DNA of 63,690 nt, filler included, from Rhabdomonas costata (Eukaryota), in the NCBI GenBank assembly GCA_019059605.1. It is 45 parts of 45 records of this genome, joined end to end, with 100 filler letters (N's around TTAATTAATTAA, not from the genome) between each part and the next. Parts side by side here need not be neighbours in the genome. Positions count along the whole stretch, not along the records: positions 25,539 to 26,855 come from JAHMHO010019615.1; positions 26,956 to 28,271 come from JAHMHO010019616.1; positions 28,372 to 29,688 come from JAHMHO010019617.1; positions 29,789 to 31,105 come from JAHMHO010019618.1; positions 31,206 to 32,522 come from JAHMHO010019619.1; positions 32,623 to 33,940 come from JAHMHO010019620.1; positions 34,041 to 35,358 come from JAHMHO010019621.1; positions 35,459 to 36,775 come from JAHMHO010019622.1; 37 more parts are not named here. The stretch is one strand, 5' to 3'. This document shows positions 25,610 to 38,429 of this stretch, piece after piece (the stretch's first letter is position 1; each line of letters starts with the position of its first letter). The translations under genes and the position numbers were made by a program. The notes beneath the pieces are model-generated. The model ran no database searches. It was not told the DNA's origin and saw only the letters and a list, made by a program, of their open reading frames with translations.

Positions 25610-26822
25610 CTGCTGCTGGAGCCCTGAGTACCGGGCCTCGACCTCCGGGGGTAGCACTGCGGTGAGGAACTCGCCCCATGAGATCCGCCCGTCGGAGCCC
25701 CGGTCGAAGGTGCGCATCAGGGTGAGGATCTCCTGCTCCACCAGGTCAAGCTTCAAAGTCTCCAGGATGTTCGCGAACTCCACGAAGTCCACCAACCCTG
25801 ACCCCGGTCCCAACCAAATGCAGAGAAGTGCGTGTGACCTGCAGGGAAACAGCATGTAGCTCAACAGAGCTGGGCAGCACCCTCAATGAGGCGGTAGACA
25901 TAAGAAGGATGCAGTGAGGAGGACGGGCTGGTAAGGGGGGTATTTCGACATGTTTCTGAGACCGACTGCGTTTTTCATCATCATGGGCAGGTTGTTTTGC
26001 TGAAAAACGCAACCTTCTCTTCTGAGTTTGCGCGCAGATGCGTGCAACCACACACACACACACACACACCTCAGGACGCAACAGATTCTCTACGCAGTTT
26101 GCCATAGGTGGACGAAATTCGGAGACAAAAAACCCCCAAATTGCACGCAAGCTCACATTACCTGAGGACTGCTTGTCAGCGGCCTGAAAGGCTTCACGGA
26201 GCCCCACTGATTTGGACAGCAGCATCGCCCGGAGCTTCGTAATGATGACGTCGACGTTGGACTTCGGGAATTGGTCTGGGTTCTCCTCCATGAAGGCCAG
26301 AGAGCGCTCATCCGTAGAATACACAATGAAGGGGTGGCTGGTCAAAAGCAAAATCAACAAACGGAACGAGAAGAAGAGGGTAGTGGAAGAGGATCGCCGG
26401 CGCCTTTTTTTTGTTCCACACATTCAAACCAAACGCAGATAATCACGAGTTCTGCTCACGTAAAGCAGTCCAGGAAGTTATACTGGGCGGAGTACACCTA
26501 CTGGACATTCATGAAGGGCTGCAGGTTTATTTTACGGACTTTCCCACTTAACTGGATAATCCTGAAGGGAAGCAGTACACCACACAGCTATGCATGAGAC
26601 TGGTGTATTACGCACACAAAAGACTCTGGCGCAGTCACACAGAGACAATTTCCGCCCAAATCCACGAACGCACGCGTACGGAGGCACACGAACTTGTTAA
26701 TGACGACCCGAGCTCCGACGTACAGGTCCTTGGTGCCGATGTAGTCCCCAGGGACGCCGTCGGTGCTGGCCTTCCGCACTCGGCTGCGCTGCAGGAACTT
26801 CCCTCCAGTAATCCCAGAGTTC
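25610..26822 (-). CDS. EFHC1: EFHC1/Rib72-family axonemal protein (last DM10 plus EF-hands); exons 26822-26694, 26337-26162, 25797-25610
   Basis: RNSGITGGKFLQRSRV..DLYVGARVVIN|HPFIVYSTDE..FMEEN; EF-hand loops DKQSSGLVDFVEF and DRGSDGRISWGEF; phase-consistent GT-AG introns. Confidence 0.85.
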
Positions 26823-27264
26823 CTGCACAGGGAAAAAGGCAACAACCCACAAAAANNNNNNNNNNNNNNNNNNNNNNNNNNNNNNNNNNNNNNNNNNNNT
26901 TAATTAATTAANNNNNNNNNNNNNNNNNNNNNNNNNNNNNNNNNNNNNNNNNNNNAAAAGAAACACGGTCAATTTTTCAACATGAAGCCTTCGAGTTGGC
27001 GGGACATCTGGGCCCGATCCCGCCCTGGAAGAGCTACGTCGAACAAGCGAACTCGAAGCTGCTTACCGAGATTCACGAAAAGCTCGAAGTTTTCTCCCTG
27101 TAGGCAGGCCAGTTCATCACAAGTCATAACTGGCAGTTTTTCGAAGATTAACAGAACCAATTGCAACAGCAAACGTCAGAGAAGGCATGCGTCCCTAGCA
27201 TTGATTTCAGACAAGGGGGGTCAAGAAAAGGGTGTGTGTGTGTGTGTGCCCGCGCGGCAATAAC

Positions 27265-27997
27265 CTGTGTAGGAGACCCAGTGGGTATGGAAAATGTCAC
27301 TGTCGGTGCTGATATAGGCGTACCCGCCCATGCCCCAGTTCGCACCCCACGAGTTCCTGGGAGAAAGCCCCAACACAGCGAAGCGCAAGTATAAACCGAC
27401 AGGGCGCGCAAAACGACAACCCCCACCCCCTCCCGATTGCTTTCGAGAAAAACGGCAAGAAAGCAAACAAGCATAGCAACTCACTTACATGACATTTGGC
27501 CTCTGAACTGGCTTTCGCTTTCCTTCAATTCCCCTCGTGAAGAATACCGAAGCAAGACAAGACTTATCGGGGGCCTTATCGAAAAAATAAGAATTAGTAA
27601 CTAGTCACCGTGTGGAATGATTGGCTGCTTCCCAAGGCTGCTCCCATTTACTTCAGCCAACAACGCCCGTAGAACCCCATCTCACACTTCTCCACCTTCC
27701 GTTTCTTCTACTATACCGCCACCGTGTTTGTTTCATTCTTCCCGTCCCTTGACACCGAACTGATGAATGACTGCGGTCACCTTTCCTTGTGCTCGCTACG
27801 GCTGCTTAGAAGCCGTGCACACACGCAGTAAGATACCGCACGATCCAGTAGTGGGGCGAGGACGCGAAGTTGTACCCCACCAAGACGGCGGCGTGGTCAA
27901 CGTCGTTGGCACTGCCCGAAAGCTTGATGATGGTCGGCGTGGATCCGTAGTTCACGAACGCGGTGGACGCGACCAGGGTGAAGCCCACCACGCCATG
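27265..27997 (-). CDS. Papain-family (C1A) cysteine protease, C-terminal exons 27997-27837 and 27356-27265
   Basis: VDHAAVLVGY..YWIVR|NSWGANWGMGGY with the catalytic His and Asn intact. Confidence 0.92.
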
Positions 27998-28399
27998 CTA
28001 ATAACAAAGTGTGCATGCAAGAGCAAGGCGTAGGCGCAGGCGCCGCCGAAAAGATGGCAAACCCTCAAAAAGAATGTTCTAATTGAGCCGGGTAAAACAT
28101 GCTCATCAGGTTTCACTGCATCTGAAAAGAGCTAAAAACAGCAACAGACTTCGTCCGGGAGTTTCCCGAACCTTCTGGTCAAAGTCACCTGCGTACGAGC
28201 GCACCCGCAGTGCGGAAAGCATGGTCCCCAAACAGGAGCAAACCAACGCATTTCGCAACGTACCCCACACCNNNNNNNNNNNNNNNNNNNNNNNNNNNNN
28301 NNNNNNNNNNNNNNNTTAATTAATTAANNNNNNNNNNNNNNNNNNNNNNNNNNNNNNNNNNNNNNNNNNNNGTGTTGGGTGTGCTTGGTGTGTGTGTTA

Positions 28400-29577
28400 A
28401 TGGGTGTAAAGGCTTTCCTGATGCAAGAGCAGCTCTCGAAGAACAGGATCATCATTGAGAATGACAACAAGCTTGGGGTCATCGCCAGCTGCACAAGCTA
28501 CACTCATACCAGCAAAGGAAAGTCCACGATGGTCTTTGGCAAGGACGGCGGGATGTACTTGCGTCACAACTCGTTGCTGGAGCCCATGCCCATCTTTATT
28601 GTGATGAGGGCATGCATTTCCTTTCGAATGCCATTTGAAGCCTCTTAATTCAACGAGGATAGGCTTTGAGATCGCAATGCTTGTGTTTGCTGTCTTCTAT
28701 TTAAGCGATTCGAGTCTATTGGACTCTATTTTGCAGGTGTTTCCTAGCTCACTCCAGTGTATCGACGTCTCAAAGGGAATGAGAGTGCAGTACCTCCTTT
28801 TTGATTTGTGTAACAGGGAGGAGGGAGGTTAAATTGGCATCTGGAGTTTTTGTATCACTGTTCCGATACCACTGCGGTTTTGAGTAGAATTCCTCAGAAT
28901 TCGACAGTTGTTTTCGCAATGCATCTTTGTTTGGGCGTGGTAGGCCATGGGAGTGGAGTCAGATCAGGAGCTGGTGCAGATGGTGGGCACAGAAACCGCC
29001 TTCCAGCCCAGCTTGTACGCTTGCGTCCATGCCTGTCACAAGCATGGCGTCTTCACTCAGGTCTCCCCACTTCTCTTTCCGCTGGTTGGGGCTCGCAGGG
29101 GTTTCTAGTTTCGTATGGGGTTACGGTTCGGTGGTCCGTTTTCTCCTTCTTCTCGGGTGGGAAGCAACATGTCCTCAATGCAGCGCCACCGAAGAGAGCG
29201 CTTATCGCCCCGTGCGAGGCGATCACCTTCCCAAGAATTGGACCATCTTGGATGTTAAAGGGGCAGTGTAGACAGCTGCACAATTGCCCACATACTAAAA
29301 CGGAGCAGTGAGGTCCTATGTCGCTCCCACCGATGAACCCGATCCCCCGCAGGGGTGGAAGCCATCGCGCAGCCCAAGCATTGGATCATGGGCATTTCCC
29401 CTGTGTTGAATTCCCGATTAATCTCTGGGGAAATTGAGGTTCACATAGCTATTTTTCCGATGTGGTGGTGTTTGTTTCCGAATTGGTGGTGGTTTTTGAT
29501 GTCCCTGATGTTCCCAGGCTCAAGGGCTGGAGTTCTTCGGAAACAAGATGAAGCCGAGTTTTAGCTCTACAACCGAG
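28400..29577 (+). CDS. RPC2: RNA polymerase III second-largest subunit fragment; exons ~28400-28609, 28944-29060, 29518-29577
   Basis: [58 protein letters not shown]. Confidence 0.92.
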
Positions 29578-30036
29578 GTGAGTGATATGTTGTGCTGGTG
29601 GTGGCGGGGGGGGTACCTTTCGCCACTCTTCGAACGTCTTTGGCCGTCTTTGTTACGTATCATCTGTAGTTATGCACCCCACCAACCCNNNNNNNNNNNN
29701 NNNNNNNNNNNNNNNNNNNNNNNNNNNNNNNNTTAATTAATTAANNNNNNNNNNNNNNNNNNNNNNNNNNNNNNNNNNNNNNNNNNNNGGTGGGAAGGCG
29801 AGGGGAAGGCCAAAAGAAACCACGACGGGAAAGCACCCGTCTGCGACTGTTTTCCGTCGTGGTTTCTTTTGGCCTTCCCCTCGCCTTCCCCTCCCGGTGC
29901 ATCACTGCCTGCCTGCCTGTCGTTTCTTCGTTCTATTGTGATTTACTTTTTGTTCCGGCAATATGAAGACACTGTATCTGTGTATGTTTGTTTGTTGCTG
30001 TGTTTCCACTGGTGATCGACCTGCCATCTTTCTCAG

Positions 30037-30920
30037 CACCCAGACGGAACTCCTTGAGGGCTGGAAGAATGTTGTGCTGTGCTATGCCAGCAGTGCCGCG
30101 GCTACGTCGAAGGGCTTCGAGATCGACCCAGAGCATCCGGCGGTGCATTGTTATGCTTCCAACTGACTTTGTGCGAACACACATTCAGCCAGAAGCAATC
30201 ATCATAAATAATAGGAGCTACTCCCGATTTTCTCGGCATCCTCACAACTTCCATTCAGCGATGTTCGGATATGGAAATAGCCAAGAGTTTTTCACCTCGA
30301 TGACGGTGAACGTTTCGGAAGAATGCGATATACATCGAGCAAACGTTGGAACGGTTGGAGAGTAAAATGCAGAGTTGTAGAGTTCTGCTGTTTTTGCAAC
30401 AGAAGACCTGTTGGTGACATGTCTGCCATGCACATGCAACTTTTTCGTATGTTTAAGAATTTTCAAGAAAACGGATGTCCTAGATTTACGTTTACCAAGG
30501 GTACACGTGTCCAAAATGAATGCGGGTCTTCATCAGACCGCCTTATACTTCTGTGTATGTGGGGGGGGGGGCAGGTTTTCCCATGCCTTCCTGAGGCGGT
30601 CGCCTTGGATGTTGCCCCTGTGGTGCAGCGGAACGTCCTGGACTGCATGGTGGCCCTTGTCGAGAGTTCCCCGGAGCTTACCGCGCCACTTGCGGGTCTC
30701 TCTCGTTACTTCATCACAAACACATGAGCTGTTTGGAGGAACCGAGGAGGTGTTTAAGTTTGATTGGTGTGGGACTTGCGCAGAGCTGCTCTTTGGAGTG
30801 ACCTACCACATCGCCCGCCGCCATGGCCTCCGAGGGGCCAGCAGTACAGGGGGCCTGGTGCAGGCCGGGGAAGCCTTGGCCGCAGTGGTCCGGGCCCACC
30901 CACCCACTCTCTCAGAGCAG
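30037..30920 (+). CDS. Helical (HEAT/ARM-like) protein fragment; exons 30037-30142, 30575-30695, 30784-30920
   Basis: Phase-consistent GT-AG introns join amphipathic helical segments. Confidence 0.5.
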
Positions 30921-31509
30921 GTCTGCAACCACCTTCAATCCACTCTCATTACTTCTCACAATCCGTTATGACTTCTCAGTTTGCCCTCCCTCTCACAATT
31001 CTTTGTGCACTGCCACAGCCGCCGCCATGCCCAACACAACTCATTATCTACACCTCAAACTCCGACTCCGACGCAAATCCCACTCATGAACACAACCTCA
31101 GACACNNNNNNNNNNNNNNNNNNNNNNNNNNNNNNNNNNNNNNNNNNNNTTAATTAATTAANNNNNNNNNNNNNNNNNNNNNNNNNNNNNNNNNNNNNNN
31201 NNNNNACTATCGAGCCATTTCAGACCGAAAGTGTGTTGAAATATAATCGGTGAGAACATAGGCGATGACAAAGGAGAGTCAGAATATTCCAAGGTGTACC
31301 AGGCAATCTCAGCAGCCGGCCACTCTATAACGAGAGTAGAAATGGATAAAGGTGGTGGGAAGGTTGGGGAAGTGTCAAAATCAAAGTGCACCATGTGTTC
31401 TTTTAAAGCAAGGAAAAATTACTTGGGCACCTTGTATGTCCTATCAGCACAGAAAATTATTAAAATAAATCGCAGATAATGGCGCTTCGACTTTTTCATG
31501 AAGAGGAAC

Positions 31510-32118
31510 CTGTCATCAGCCTGCTGGAGGTACGGCCTCGAATCCTCCAGAAGAACGGAGACCGCGAAGTACGCGGCGCTGCGCACCCTAATATACACAA
31601 CCACCGTATGTATGTCACTGCATGTTACAGTCTCTGATTGTATAATCAAGAGACCCCAGAGTCATGCGCAAACCAGTGCTTCAAACGACCAAATGAATGG
31701 TCAGCATTGGGTGCGTAGGAATTCAATACGACGTCATGACCAATGGACAGTACCCAAAACTTTGCCAAGGCGGCGGGGGGTGGAACTGACACAGGAAGAG
31801 GGAAGGAAAACGTAACAATCGCTATGGGTGGCACTAGGCCTCACGCCTTGAAATCTGTGTGACGACAGTATAGCCGCGAAGCAGAGTCTGCGAGAGGATG
31901 CCACAATGGCAGTTACCACACACCCAAGGCTTTTTCCCGAGAAGCGAGGGGATGTATGTGTCTGTCAGCCCGGAAAGCCGCGCAGCGCACGCGCCTGGGC
32001 ACGGGGTCGTACAGCAGCACCGTGAAGAGGGTTGGGGTGAATGGCCGCGGGGAGGTCGCGGCGTGGTCCGGCAGGAGATGCACCCACTGCGACACGAACG
32101 CCTTGTGGTTACTCCGAA
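31510..32118 (-). CDS. HEATR6: HEATR6 (DUF4042)-like fragment; exons 32118-31995 and 31587-31510
   Basis: HKAFVSQWVHLLPD..PTLFTVLLYDPVPR|VRSAAYFAVSVLLEDSRPYLQQADD matches the DUF4042 pattern. Confidence 0.75.
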
Positions 32119-32622
32119 CTGCACCGCAACCCAACCCATCCATAATGTACTGGCTTCTGCTCATCCACACGAACAAAGAACTCTTTCCAGGGACTGACGT
32201 CGAAGCGCTTCCTTTCGGGTTTTGGGGTCAAGGCTTTGAAAATGGCTGCGGGCGTTGCCCGATTCACCAAAATTGAGCTTCCATCGCCCCTCTCCTGCTC
32301 CGCTTCACATCGTCACAGTGGGTTTCATAATACACAGAAATTTTCGGACGTTTTACTACCGATTTCGGGCAGAATCACACGTTGCGAATGGAATAGATTA
32401 CATCGAAAGCATAACATAATGCGTTGCAGAACATAACACAACATAATGCACACATGCACACATGATTTCTGGCAAGCAAAAAACGACCCGACCACTTCGA
32501 CCACAGGGGCCATACCCACGCTNNNNNNNNNNNNNNNNNNNNNNNNNNNNNNNNNNNNNNNNNNNNTTAATTAATTAANNNNNNNNNNNNNNNNNNNNNN
32601 NNNNNNNNNNNNNNNNNNNNNN

Positions 32623-33037
32623 GTTGGTTGTGACCACTGTGGACTGACTGGCGCACGCGCTGTTGGCCAGGGGTGCTCGCGAGAGGTGCCGCTGGAGCGA
32701 ACGGTGCACTGGGGAGCAGGAACGGGCTCACCGCCGAACGTTCCACATCTGGTAACCTCCCTTCAGCCCCACGGGTCCCGGGCCATTGGCGCGCAGATGC
32801 TCTTTTCCAGCGGCTACCTGCATTGCTCCATTGCGGCTTGGGTCTCTGCGACTCCACACTCCTTCCTTGAGGGGCTGGGGCCTTTTCTCGCGGGAAGGCC
32901 CCTTGGAGCTTTTCTTTCGGATGGGTGAACGGGCAGCACCGGTATCTGCAAGCGTCGCCGTGCCAGCACCTCACCGCCGAAAGTTCCGTGTTCCGTGCCA
33001 GCCTCGCACTATTGGGGCACACGTGCTCGTCTTCCAC
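32623..33037 (-). CDS. CCCH zinc-finger-containing fragment
   Basis: CWHGDACRYRCCPFTHP (C-x5-C-x4-C-x3-H). Confidence 0.35.
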
Positions 33038-34040
33038 CTGCTTTCAGCAGCGGCTTTCATGTCTCGCCCCTGGGAATGTCGGGGGTCTCTTTCCTGCCGT
33101 CGTGTTTGTGTGTGTGTGCGTGTGCGTGTGTATGCGTGGGGGGTTCGCCCTCTGCGTGCCGCCGGCCCATGCCCATTTTGCCGCGCCATTTTGTTGATCT
33201 GGACAATTCATTTTGGGCCTGTCCAGGTTGCGCGTACTTACAGCTTCAATGCTGTCCACAACGTCAGCTTCTGAACACCGCTTGCACATTATTCAATTAA
33301 AATAAAAGCGTGGCTGGGTTTGCATTAACGCTGCGCGGCAGGTGGGTACCCCAGTACTACGCACACGGCATCAAAGATGTCGCTCTCCTTCTCAATGATG
33401 GCCAGCCGCAAGGCGGGGATGATCTGCTCCAAAGCGGCGCTAACCTTCGGCCGAACATCCTGAGCAAGGCAAGGGAGTCCCAAACCCGTTTGTCCTTCAT
33501 GACCTTCCGGCATCTGCATGATGGGCACGTAACCGTCTACACCACAGAACATACGACAATGCAGTCCAGCTTCTTTTTCCCATTGGTGCAAGTTGGTGCA
33601 AGCACAGCGATCAGCACAAAACCGTGCCATCTCGCGTCACTGCCATACAGCTTTCCACTACATCGTAGGGAAAAGTCTGAAGCTTGCCATGAGTACATAT
33701 GGTGATAAGAATTAAACCTAATACAGGATGAAACCTGGAGAGGAAAGAAATATACGGCGTTACTTTAGAATTGTATCCACCTCTGTCTTCAGGTTCTTTT
33801 TTGAGATGCTTACGCTTTATGATCTTTTGGAAATTGTTGGAGATGACAAGAAGCGAAGAAAATGGATGGAAAAGCACAAGATTATTGTCATCTCCAACAA
33901 TTTCCAAAAGATCATAAAGCGTAAGCATCTCAAAAAACACNNNNNNNNNNNNNNNNNNNNNNNNNNNNNNNNNNNNNNNNNNNNTTAATTAATTAANNNN
34001 NNNNNNNNNNNNNNNNNNNNNNNNNNNNNNNNNNNNNNNN

Positions 34041-35358
34041 TTCTTCGGTCTTTGTGCATTCGTGTTCCCGAGTTGAGGATGTCGTTGAGTCGGAGTTGGA
34101 GGTTGGGTTCTGCATTCGGGTTTCGGGTTTTGGTCTTTGGGTTCTGAGTTCTGAGTTTGGTTTTCATGTATTGGTTTTAGTGTCCCCGAGTTGAGGATGT
34201 TGAGCGTAGCAAAGACATCAACAACGAGGGGCTGTGAGTGCATGGAAGCACCTTATGGGGGTGGAATGCACGAACCACCACATTTAGGGAGTATACTAGT
34301 GCATGCGAGTATACGAGCCCCACGAATACGCGCATGTGTATGAGTGGGGCATCAGTCACCCCTTGGTCATCTCTTCTGCATCTCATCTCTTCTGCACCTG
34401 ATATTCACGAAGCATGCAGTCACGTGTGTGGGTGCATGCGTAGTAGGGTAGGGGTTACTTCTTCTGCATCTTGGCATTTCTGACCCAGGGGGTTGGATTT
34501 CGTGTTGGGGTTTATTGTTTTGGTTTTTGGATTTTGGGTTCTGACTTCGGGGTTGGACTTCTGGGGTTGGAGTTCTGAGTTCTTGCATTCGTGTATTGGT
34601 ATTGGTATTCGCGTCTGCGAGTTGAGGATGTTCTGGTTCGGAGTTTGGTGTTGGGATTTCGGTCTTTGGTCTTCGGTCTTTGGGTTTGTCTTCGATATTC
34701 GTCTTCGGTATTCGGAAGTCATTCGTGATCTCCATTTGGTCTACGGGAAGTGGTAGGGTTGGCAGGGACGGCAAATGGAACCCTGAAGACATAATCTAAG
34801 CCATAAGGACAGAAACGAAAGTAAAGACCCACGACCCACCATGACACCATCAAACCTCAACCCTTCACCATCACCCTCCACACCGTCACCCTCCACCATT
34901 GTCACCACCATCGGCACCTCACCACCACCCTCCGATGCAACCACCTGACCCTCCACGCTGACCCTCACCATGACCCTCGCTTGACCCTGACACCTGACCC
35001 TGCACCCTCCCTGCCGACACCCAACCCAACCTCCAACATCTACACTCCCCTTCCAACCCACGACAGAAACGCGAACCCATCAACACTCCAACACAACCCT
35101 CGCATCCAATCACAACCCACCATGCCAACCCTCTGAATCCACACTCCGACTCCGATCCCAACACTCTACCGACCCACCTTACAACCCAACCTTCGACTCC
35201 GACTCCGAACCCAAACCCAAGACACAGACTCCTCCACAGAACCCACTCCGAAACCTAACTCTAGACTCCGAATCAGAACCCAAAACCCTAACTACCAAAA
35301 AGAAGAACGCACCCGCATACAAAATAAAGGCCAACATCATGACTCCGATACCAAACCC
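34041..35358. repeat. Low-complexity degenerate hexamer repeats, G/T-rich then C/A-rich
   Basis: GGGTTT/GGTCTT/GAGTTC-like units, three copies of GAGTTGAGGATGT, then CCGACT/ACCCTC units. Confidence 0.8.
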
Positions 35359-37228
35359 NNNNNNNNNNNNNNNNNNNNNNNNNNNNNNNNNNNNNNNNNN
35401 NNTTAATTAATTAANNNNNNNNNNNNNNNNNNNNNNNNNNNNNNNNNNNNNNNNNNNNTGGGAAAGATGTAAGCGAAATCGATAGAATTTCGGGAGGAAC
35501 TGGTGGAAGGCACGATCTGATCCAAAATGGGTTTTGTGTGGGCAGAAGCCAATGGGTAAGAAGGATGCTTCATGGGAATGCACAAAGGACTGAGGCATCA
35601 CTGGGATATGAGATGCAGACTTAGCAGTGCTCGAGACTGAGTTCTGTGTTCTGAGCGGCCACAACACCTTCCTCCACTGAGGGAAAGGGTGAGCCGAAGC
35701 CTCGGTAATGAATGTGGCAGCGAAGTGGCTGGAGGCACAATTGGAGTTGAAAAGACGAGGTATGAAGTGTTTGTGTGAAGGGTGTGGATGATGTCAAAAT
35801 GGGTGAAGCCATGATGGTGAAGTCAAAAGAATACAAGGGGGACTAGCTGGATGGTAATGGCAAAGGAACTTCGCAAGCTTGAGGAGGGGAAGGAAGGGCA
35901 TTAGCGAGCTCTCAGGCAGGTGGGCATCCTGAGTTCCACGGCGGTGACCTACCAAGTAGGCCGGGATCCGCGGCACCATGGCTGGCGGGCGGGCGGGGTT
36001 CCGCGTCTCCTTTGGGGACGAAGGCGTGGGCCATGAGCTCAAAAGTCCGTGGCGTTTGGGAAGAAGACGTCACCGTTAAGCTGGTTGAACGGTGGGGCAA
36101 AACTTTTGGTCTAGAAAAAGCACACACAAGGAAAAATGAATGAAAAGGTAACAACAAATAAAAGGAAGGGAAAGGGAAAAAGTTATGGACGCACAATTAT
36201 CGCCTGTTTCCGTGTGGGGTACGAGGGGCAGCTACACAACAAGAAAATATCCAATTCCAGCCGTGCAATGGACGTAGCAACAACACAGAGATACACCAAT
36301 AAAGTGGAACGACATACAAACACACGTGAAAGAGAAAGCAAGATGGGAGTTTCAAGGTGGTGAGAACTGACAAGCTTTCGGGGTCAATGTGAAACGCTCG
36401 TTGGACTTTGCACCAGACCCGGGGTAAATTTCCATATTTTCCATCCACGAGGTACCAGTTCTTATCCCCGTTAGCAGGTTCTGCATAAAGTTGGGGTGGG
36501 GTCCTCCCCTTACCCGGTGGCCGCGGCCTACCTCCGAGGCAGCCGTTTCTAACAAGGATTTCACTGGCTGCCACTAGAGGGGGCACACAAAAAGTTACCG
36601 CAGTTTGTGGGAAACACTTAGTTCAATGGAGCGGCTATGGCCGATGTCCTGCGTTTGGGCGAGATGCAGTTTATGGAAAGTTGGTTCTTGGCTACAAAAG
36701 CAGTGTGATAAGTAGCGGTAGGTGTTCGAGAGTAGCAGTGGAAATGGTGAAGGAAAATGGATGAAAGAATGATGTNNNNNNNNNNNNNNNNNNNNNNNNN
36801 NNNNNNNNNNNNNNNNNNNTTAATTAATTAANNNNNNNNNNNNNNNNNNNNNNNNNNNNNNNNNNNNNNNNNNNNGGTTTTGGGGTTTTATGACCTACCG
36901 TTGAACGTTGTGTGGATCGCTTTGGATTAGCAGATTTCAGATTTCAGAACTTTGTGATGAAATCCAAAAATCTCAATGACTGCGATGGTGTTTCTCATCA
37001 CAATTTTGAAGTCCCGAAAAACCTCTTAACTTCGGGTATGGCGTTCTCATTGACCGAACTCTTCAGAGCCTTGTTGGTTGGCAAAGAGAAAGATTTGGAC
37101 GGTTGAAGGCACCTTTCTCACCTCCTCCCCAACGCCCCAACTTTAGGCTCGAAGCTCGAAGTAGTAATCTCATGTGTGTCAATTGGCTTCCACGGTTTGA
37201 AGCGTCCGTACGCTACCCACTCCCGCAG

Positions 37229-37594
37229 GAGTCTTCGGGCTCCCTCGGGGCGGCCGGGGTGGAGGCTGTGGTGCGGTCGATCACGGCACGCTCCCGGCAG
37301 ATGCTCGAGCTTCTGGTGGGGCTCCAGACTCAGGGTGGTGCTGGCGCTGGGACTGTCGGGGGAGTCTCCTCCGGATTCTCGTTGGTTCCAGAGCTGCTGC
37401 TCTTGGCTGAGGCCCACCGCAAGGGATTTGTGGTGGACCGGGACGGCCTCCGCCAGCACCTGAACGACGCCGTTGAGCTGAAGCTGGTACGCCGCAGCCG
37501 GTCCGCGGCGTTGGGTGCGGAGATGCTGGAGGTGGTGGAGGTAGAGACCGTGCAGGCCGTGCTGCAGAAGCTGAAGTCCTCGGAGTCTCTTTAG
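37229..37594 (+). CDS. Terminal exon resembling the ORC2 C-terminal winged-helix domain
   Basis: GVEAVVRSITARSRQMLELLVGLQ..AHRKGFVVDRDGLRQHLNDAVELKLV..GAEMLEV, then stop; spacing matches the ORC2 C-terminal pattern by eye. Confidence 0.5.
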   Translation, partial: ESSGSLGAAGVEAVVRSITARSRQMLELLVGLQTQGGAGAGTVGGVSSGFSLVPELLLLAEAHRKGFVVDRDGLRQHLNDAVELKLVRRSRSAALGAEMLEVVEVETVQAVLQKLKSSESL

Positions 37595-38429
37595 TATCGC
37601 TGACTGAGTTGGGGGGTTTTCCTTTCGCTGGCGGGACAGCTTTACTGCGGACGGGTAGGAGCCTTGAATCGATGATGGACGCAGCTCACTCCTCTTTCGA
37701 AGAAGTTGCTGTGGCGCTCTTCCTGCGCTAAAGGCTTTTTTGATGAAGCGGGGGGTTGCCTGTACCGTTAGTCAGGAGCTGCTTATCCGTTTATCCTGAC
37801 GAAGAGTGGGGTTGTTCATCAATCGATTAATCGATTAATATCTGATATTTCTCTTGCATTTCGCATTTCGTGCATTTCGCATTTCTTGCATTTCAGAATT
37901 GACAAAACAGGATGAAGGTTCGTCTCCTGATGGTAAGCTCAGAACCTCCTGCAGGTTCAAGTTGCAGTAAAGCCATACATACAGTTAATATACTTAGGTG
38001 ATTATATTGAATAATGACAGTGGTAATTGCTTCGGGTCTTTTTTTTTCATAGCTCTGGTGGGGTGCAAAATGGCCCTTACTGGGCTTCAGGATACCAATC
38101 GTTCGCCGAGGGCCTCACCGGATTGTGGGGGGTTGCACTTCCCAATTGGACCCGAAACGTGACATCATTCGCTGAGCGGCATAACTTACCGANNNNNNNN
38201 NNNNNNNNNNNNNNNNNNNNNNNNNNNNNNNNNNNNTTAATTAATTAANNNNNNNNNNNNNNNNNNNNNNNNNNNNNNNNNNNNNNNNNNNNGTGTGTGT
38301 ATGTGAGTGCTTTTGTTGTAATTGACTGAATTCATCCATATCGGCAACGGCCCCTGGGATCAAGCCGGCCGATATGGATGAATTCAGTCAATTACAACAA
38401 AAGCACTCACATACATACACGCGCGAAAC

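Noticed and set aside
30690-30790. Apparent frameshift or non-canonical tiny intron
   Set aside because: Resolved by a normal GT-AG intron at 30696-30783.
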